From Candidatus Omnitrophota bacterium (GTDB lineage Bacteria; Omnitrophota; Gorgyraeia; 1-14-0-20-64-10): DNA of 64,000 nucleotides. The stretch spans positions 14,434 through 78,433 of the forward strand of contig JACOVG010000021.1 of assembly GCA_016177405.1 (NCBI GenBank), in the 5' to 3' direction. Each line of letters begins with the position of its first letter. The first letter of the stretch is position 1. Positions 63,001-64,000 of the stretch are shown here, in pieces. Under the pieces are notes generated by a model. That model searched no databases. It saw only the letters and a list, made by a program, of their open reading frames with translations, and was not told where the DNA came from. Both the position numbers and the translations under genes were made by a program.

Positions 63001-64000
63001 CGGGTGAGATCATCGGTCATGAACAACTTGTCCACCTGTTTGGCAACCTCACCCGGCAGGAGGCTCTTCAAGCGGCCAATGGTGCCGTCCTTGCCGTCCT
63101 TCATCTTCCCCAGGAGGGACTCACGCCAGCCCTGATAGATCCCCTCGTAATTATCCAATCCTCGAAGGGTCTCTCCGGTGATCGCCTCCTCCCCATAAAG
63201 GGACTGATCGTTCAGGAACTGCCGGTATTGCGCCTCCACCACCTGGCGCGCGGCGGCGTTGCCCTTGACCTCCCTAAGCAGCGCCTTGAAGGCGTTGTTC
63301 GTCATCCGGCGCAGGACACGCTGTGAGAAGGTGTGGACCAGAGACTCGGAGTTCTCCTTCACCCGCCTGACTTCACCCAGGAGCTTGACCCGCTCGTTCA
63401 GGGTGAGCGGCTGGCTTGGATTCTTCCACTTCTTCAAGAGGTCCAGGTTGTCTTGAACATTCCGCTGGGCTGAAGGTAAGCCCCCTCCTTCCAGGCGGTT
63501 CTTCTCCAACGCGAAGATTCCATCGAGGTCCCCCGCCAGGGGCTGCTGTTCCTTGGGGCTTCCCAGGAACTCCGTCTCCAGCTTGGCCAGCTCCCTCCGG
63601 CCGTAGAAGAGGTGCGCCTCGCCGTTGGCGGTCTGGCCTTCCACGCGGTTCACCCTTCGGATCATCTGGGCCAAATCCAGAGAGGAGTACTCCTCCGCGT
63701 GGACCGCGATGAGATCGGTCCCGGCGGGGGCATCGGTCGGGTCAAAGGCCTGCTTGGCCCGGCGGTTGGTGATCAAGAGCTGCCGGCCTTGGCCCAGCTC
63801 CCTGCCGGCCTGAAGGAGCTTGCCGGCATCCGGGGTATCCAGGACCACATGGATCTTGTCAAACGCCCGAAGATCCTCCATCCCCTGAATCATCCCTTTC
63901 TGAACCTTGCCGCTTTCCGGCAGGATGATGATGAGAGACTTGTCTGGGTTCTTCGCCTTCCAGGCCCTGACAAAATTGATAACGTCCAGGGCGGCGTCGA
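54084..64000 (-). CDS. Giant GLEE-punctuated protein, 5' part outside window (SecA/SF2-like, HExxH, GNAT-like, C39-like, transglutaminase-like)
   Basis: Frame stays open from 63893 to the window end (DAALDVINFVRAWKAKNPDKSLIIILPESGKVQKG); HELTH; NCG...HAVTL; 3 GLEE. Confidence 0.85.
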   Translation of the reverse strand, partial: DAALDVINFVRAWKAKNPDKSLIIILPESGKVQKGMIQGMEDLRAFDKIHVVLDTPDAGKLLQAGRELGQGRQLLITNRRAKQAFDPTDAPAGTDLIAVHAEEYSSLDLAQMIRRVNRVEGQTANGEAHLFYGRRELAKLETEFLGSPKEQQPLAGDLDGIFALEKNRLEGGGLPSAQRNVQDNLDLLKKWKNPSQPLTLNERVKLLGEVRRVKENSESLVHTFSQRVLRRMTNNAFKALLREVKGNAAARQVVEAQYRQFLNDQSLYGEEAITGETLRGLDNYEGIYQGWRESLLGKMKDGKDGTIGRLKSLLPGEVAKQVDKLFMTDDLTRYDSLARSVEAGTETRGALEIGTVAEAVVWARRTANWLTSRRAGPLSKPLEARLSGTARTIDQAKADPKSAALAPYLTANNMVGAAGQLTLTGRMVLALHHQYQDEEDSALKGWITTLASDAGYTAAEGDLFLFALKNFLNPLSSSFADPERYRQAAQVVDFFKGVHQGQAPLFGAEAIGRALTEPAGIQGLAAQGVEKNSAAISGDLRDFLELGEIGVDLERVETSAKELGERAKETTNPQDRAVLEIESGQVKTEEAHLKEQLEQKLKIWTPEKVKELARANGVNPEVLLALVEPRLARWANVPGVDLLTAWKDLIWAAQGTGQLAGVKELADYLDKPLGTLEQIVQVDEEKQKKEPPLKANQRLASAIQTLQHEVDRQQNGNVKEVLKKAEEKARAFQDKKEPEDPQAVEKWMGEFKERLPRLMAPGAGQALLTAAEAMRNKETAQEAAGQIVQSIVAYPSAWHKGLPQPLVEWVQSRLRNLGVTGEGLTESQQEELKKAIAGKAHLLKVVASELVAQAKRLAPQANADQLVQLLTLLVKQVSPTVEDPAGWSKSLVHQMLAGEAAKGGKADAALSHDFEAAIVPGAVLFNAKDIRARLLEQVNLTPIQQGLFLQLLPADPGLLADPEGRELSLALARGQAAHDPAGSRGERREAVREARQAAMKNQIWGMDKEVRQLLEAQQVIGDAELAGSAPLAEPNSPQAQAAERIAAPVVEKVIAQATGVDLSSLNLQPGENPLQRLIGDAGAVWRLGADQRAAKLNELGSGNRAYADLLRTMVDKMDERVTTAETTGRAPTMAESLFGIEQLSQAEQAIPEGEEATQEVRNLAQAVVEALLRTRPELLATFGLEGVDPEELLAPQGTSRKPLIRVAVGDLEAKVGAAAIHQDPDGTLVITVDSKILHALQKSGLANLPVQWVNAKGQLQQKSLAALYATFLVPHELTHGLQALQAARSIAISRDRMTDRNSELERNVLLHVHKLDQHAEGMKPDKIWAEIEKLEGELGGRIDPDNVQHLAKLSERLVLVRHARNEQQANWTIHRLFDKAEFHAAFGAFFFVAKVMPVEAFLGALDQETVVALVAQAIESNDEYHYLTPADRQEIDRFALAVSQARKDSWKGISYRPSAGEQGVQTNDRLKQAMSARKIEGNDARRLLALSPDARAKVEQQTGLPLDAFVAGAAVRASSNETLHLENEALGLTLTLAKDSSVLQVQGQAAPRGAEIRDGQETAVLQRARTIGDVLRRMMPAPPKKDAASGGSGDDDENKPADLKVDQAILPVARAIHLLAKEGAKPGAASLGSEALNLLAQTPKGEMVWLQRPPTAHLAKAGAEEAATQTVQETPETLAVKAAIRTMKGMLAQWTQDPGVDQESLLALNKVLDQMVQGKIPQAFVVVPAVEEAVKEALGSVEGKADAVLSENGKAKLQKSLMEAVRLAGLPKEAADALKLPDGNFRVTDLQPLLETLTGKFLQPQGLAVFVSEVSGSVTGGIVAPPRDAQAHPGNITIGLRLAEGGSFNSGPYAVLSDATARSRAERIAQPGFEAGYLDRLKAADPKRYDQYVKPLEKLLGALIPHLEKLRGWERPWARTHAQSTRDAEETRHRDRFAQAARALGQEAAKDTRSLWTSWIGRVARGVVAKNILGARPGRFETAQGLFEAEAGLARMAEGDSALRAIREDLENLMAGNTDEAYWVRVHHNLRAVDQAARDSGQDLLGGLQQAKTPEAAEALMQDLAGKALWSEFEPASAQDYRYAPAAERFGKVVDTLDTKDKDGNPVTVEFHLAAGGQKKADWEVLLAAGGLQNVAWEFARRQVPAYKEQVLQAAGGDLKKALALLKGQKMLEADAPETEQALDAGISRFALYNTVEGWKRIHEAADSVHLIAVDKATGQILASTIGHPAAPDEFVKSFTADELKGTYYLSFWGSEAQKRGIKGAGQTVRLAWLDQVQKLGAAQVAAHARKIGYDEQVKGEPQGEVGKPGPLMQNDWMKKLYGDSIPAGAVVHHAGQENKYGPNQHADEFILKLDSMSKLTEYQAKLAGAAAGLEEGAAAVMEPPAAGRAGVIERAVAEVLRPEKLPKILGMPVLPPGVVEGVAGAMRQPLTLAALNCGLEAALHYVELRQGLEIGSMVRSQPDQVEEMARTLTILLLLHAVEGERGGKSLLYRLAGMEKPAVRVPYALIAPLLKATHDYRLDLWQAPVPLSQSVDLVEQGGPFGTVPGAVYSRYADTGSDGQQTLYFLAEGMTGPAVAHLQTPAFGHAVTLMAVGEELRQRMARVHDRPARPLWVQGPAIFQFDDGKMVSAAGLAPLAPAPAVPAILPAPAAIGRSVLAAPQPGNVANVVKPKAYQVIRALLGVMERPPVVESTPPPRGLGDLSGKKRDRKGKPSRKAFMGELRQRFAYALTELKKVGEERRRGLVLRYFDEIVAELKEQRPDPYPSAQEMARVLMEAAAGPNGWLPAGDGYDSIANRLGDLVEAGASFSEAYVELFGVGAPRPQPTAVILEERGDPSWLNREMKKLAGVYLSGGVTEQSFREFLSSVQELSEQWYGWEDSLQQDGGVYRQDGQGKLVLYLKDGRRKRALDCAEINEHLRRILNGYGITAELYVGRTSAFTRDVFLKGKFQGRTFRATGVPSLNPLEMGEGASLQWAGLEERVNPETMRRLMAQRGWTGGPAVIHLSQLRPMGISRQRDGSHLLELAGLEEKGKHLVATRVTRRILPGGQGVQDISFDRISVPVQAMRLANGKSELSRALAALGKEAGRRELEEALKKAGATIESSGRSSAQTAELIHWMVSVPFDPRPISPSEESRTPDAVIAAHAGFIRWQAKLEILERNEIVVLPDLLLDRISEEALNALAVLPAGLASRVRLLGAGWESFDMARRNPALTVVPEMSSLAATLPAGAAVQVVGVGEDDPLVRELSRLLSRAVTARPVTGGLQDFLWMLGRALGVPEKTIRQELNRLTEALAAEPVIGRGV

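Noticed and set aside
32173-63326. Long plus-strand ORFs (804, 592, 597, 690, 768, 616 aa and others)
   Set aside because: Antisense shadows of well-supported minus-strand genes, expected in high-GC DNA; no recognisable motifs.
13911-64000. Giant ORFs as NRPS/PKS, RTX/MARTX, Rhs or intein-containing proteins
   Set aside because: No adenylation/KS/carrier motifs, no GGxGxD or YD repeats, and no intein C1...HN-[CST] signatures seen.

Overview
High-GC bacterial genomic window with two parts. One is a carbohydrate-utilisation and cell-envelope region: GH94 phosphorylase, ROK repressor, TIM-barrel GH, SSS and ABC sugar transporters, nagB, DUF4954, a TMTC-like TPR protein, CBM11/CIA30-like sugar-binding proteins and a pilin/chaperone/beta-barrel-like operon. 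The other is four giant minus-strand ORFs (2687, ~2161, 4338 and >3300 aa), about 37 kb in total. The gene style suggests Omnitrophota or a related PVC candidate lineage (inference only). Two signals stand out. (1) All four giant proteins are punctuated by a conserved GLEE motif (19 GLEE + 1 GLED) at domain boundaries. The three complete ones begin with signal peptide...LR-x(5-15)-GLEE-[AS]-L. The modules between motifs are unrelated, often cytoplasmic-type enzymes, which suggests an exported, processed or shuffled polyprotein/effector system. (2) A small REP/RPE-like palindrome sits in the same orientation and frame inside the signal-peptide coding region of nine genes (RLL...AM[TS]), and other repeat types occupy further signal peptides. 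No rRNA, tRNA, CRISPR array or transposase was recognised. All domain calls are by-eye motif recognition, not database hits.
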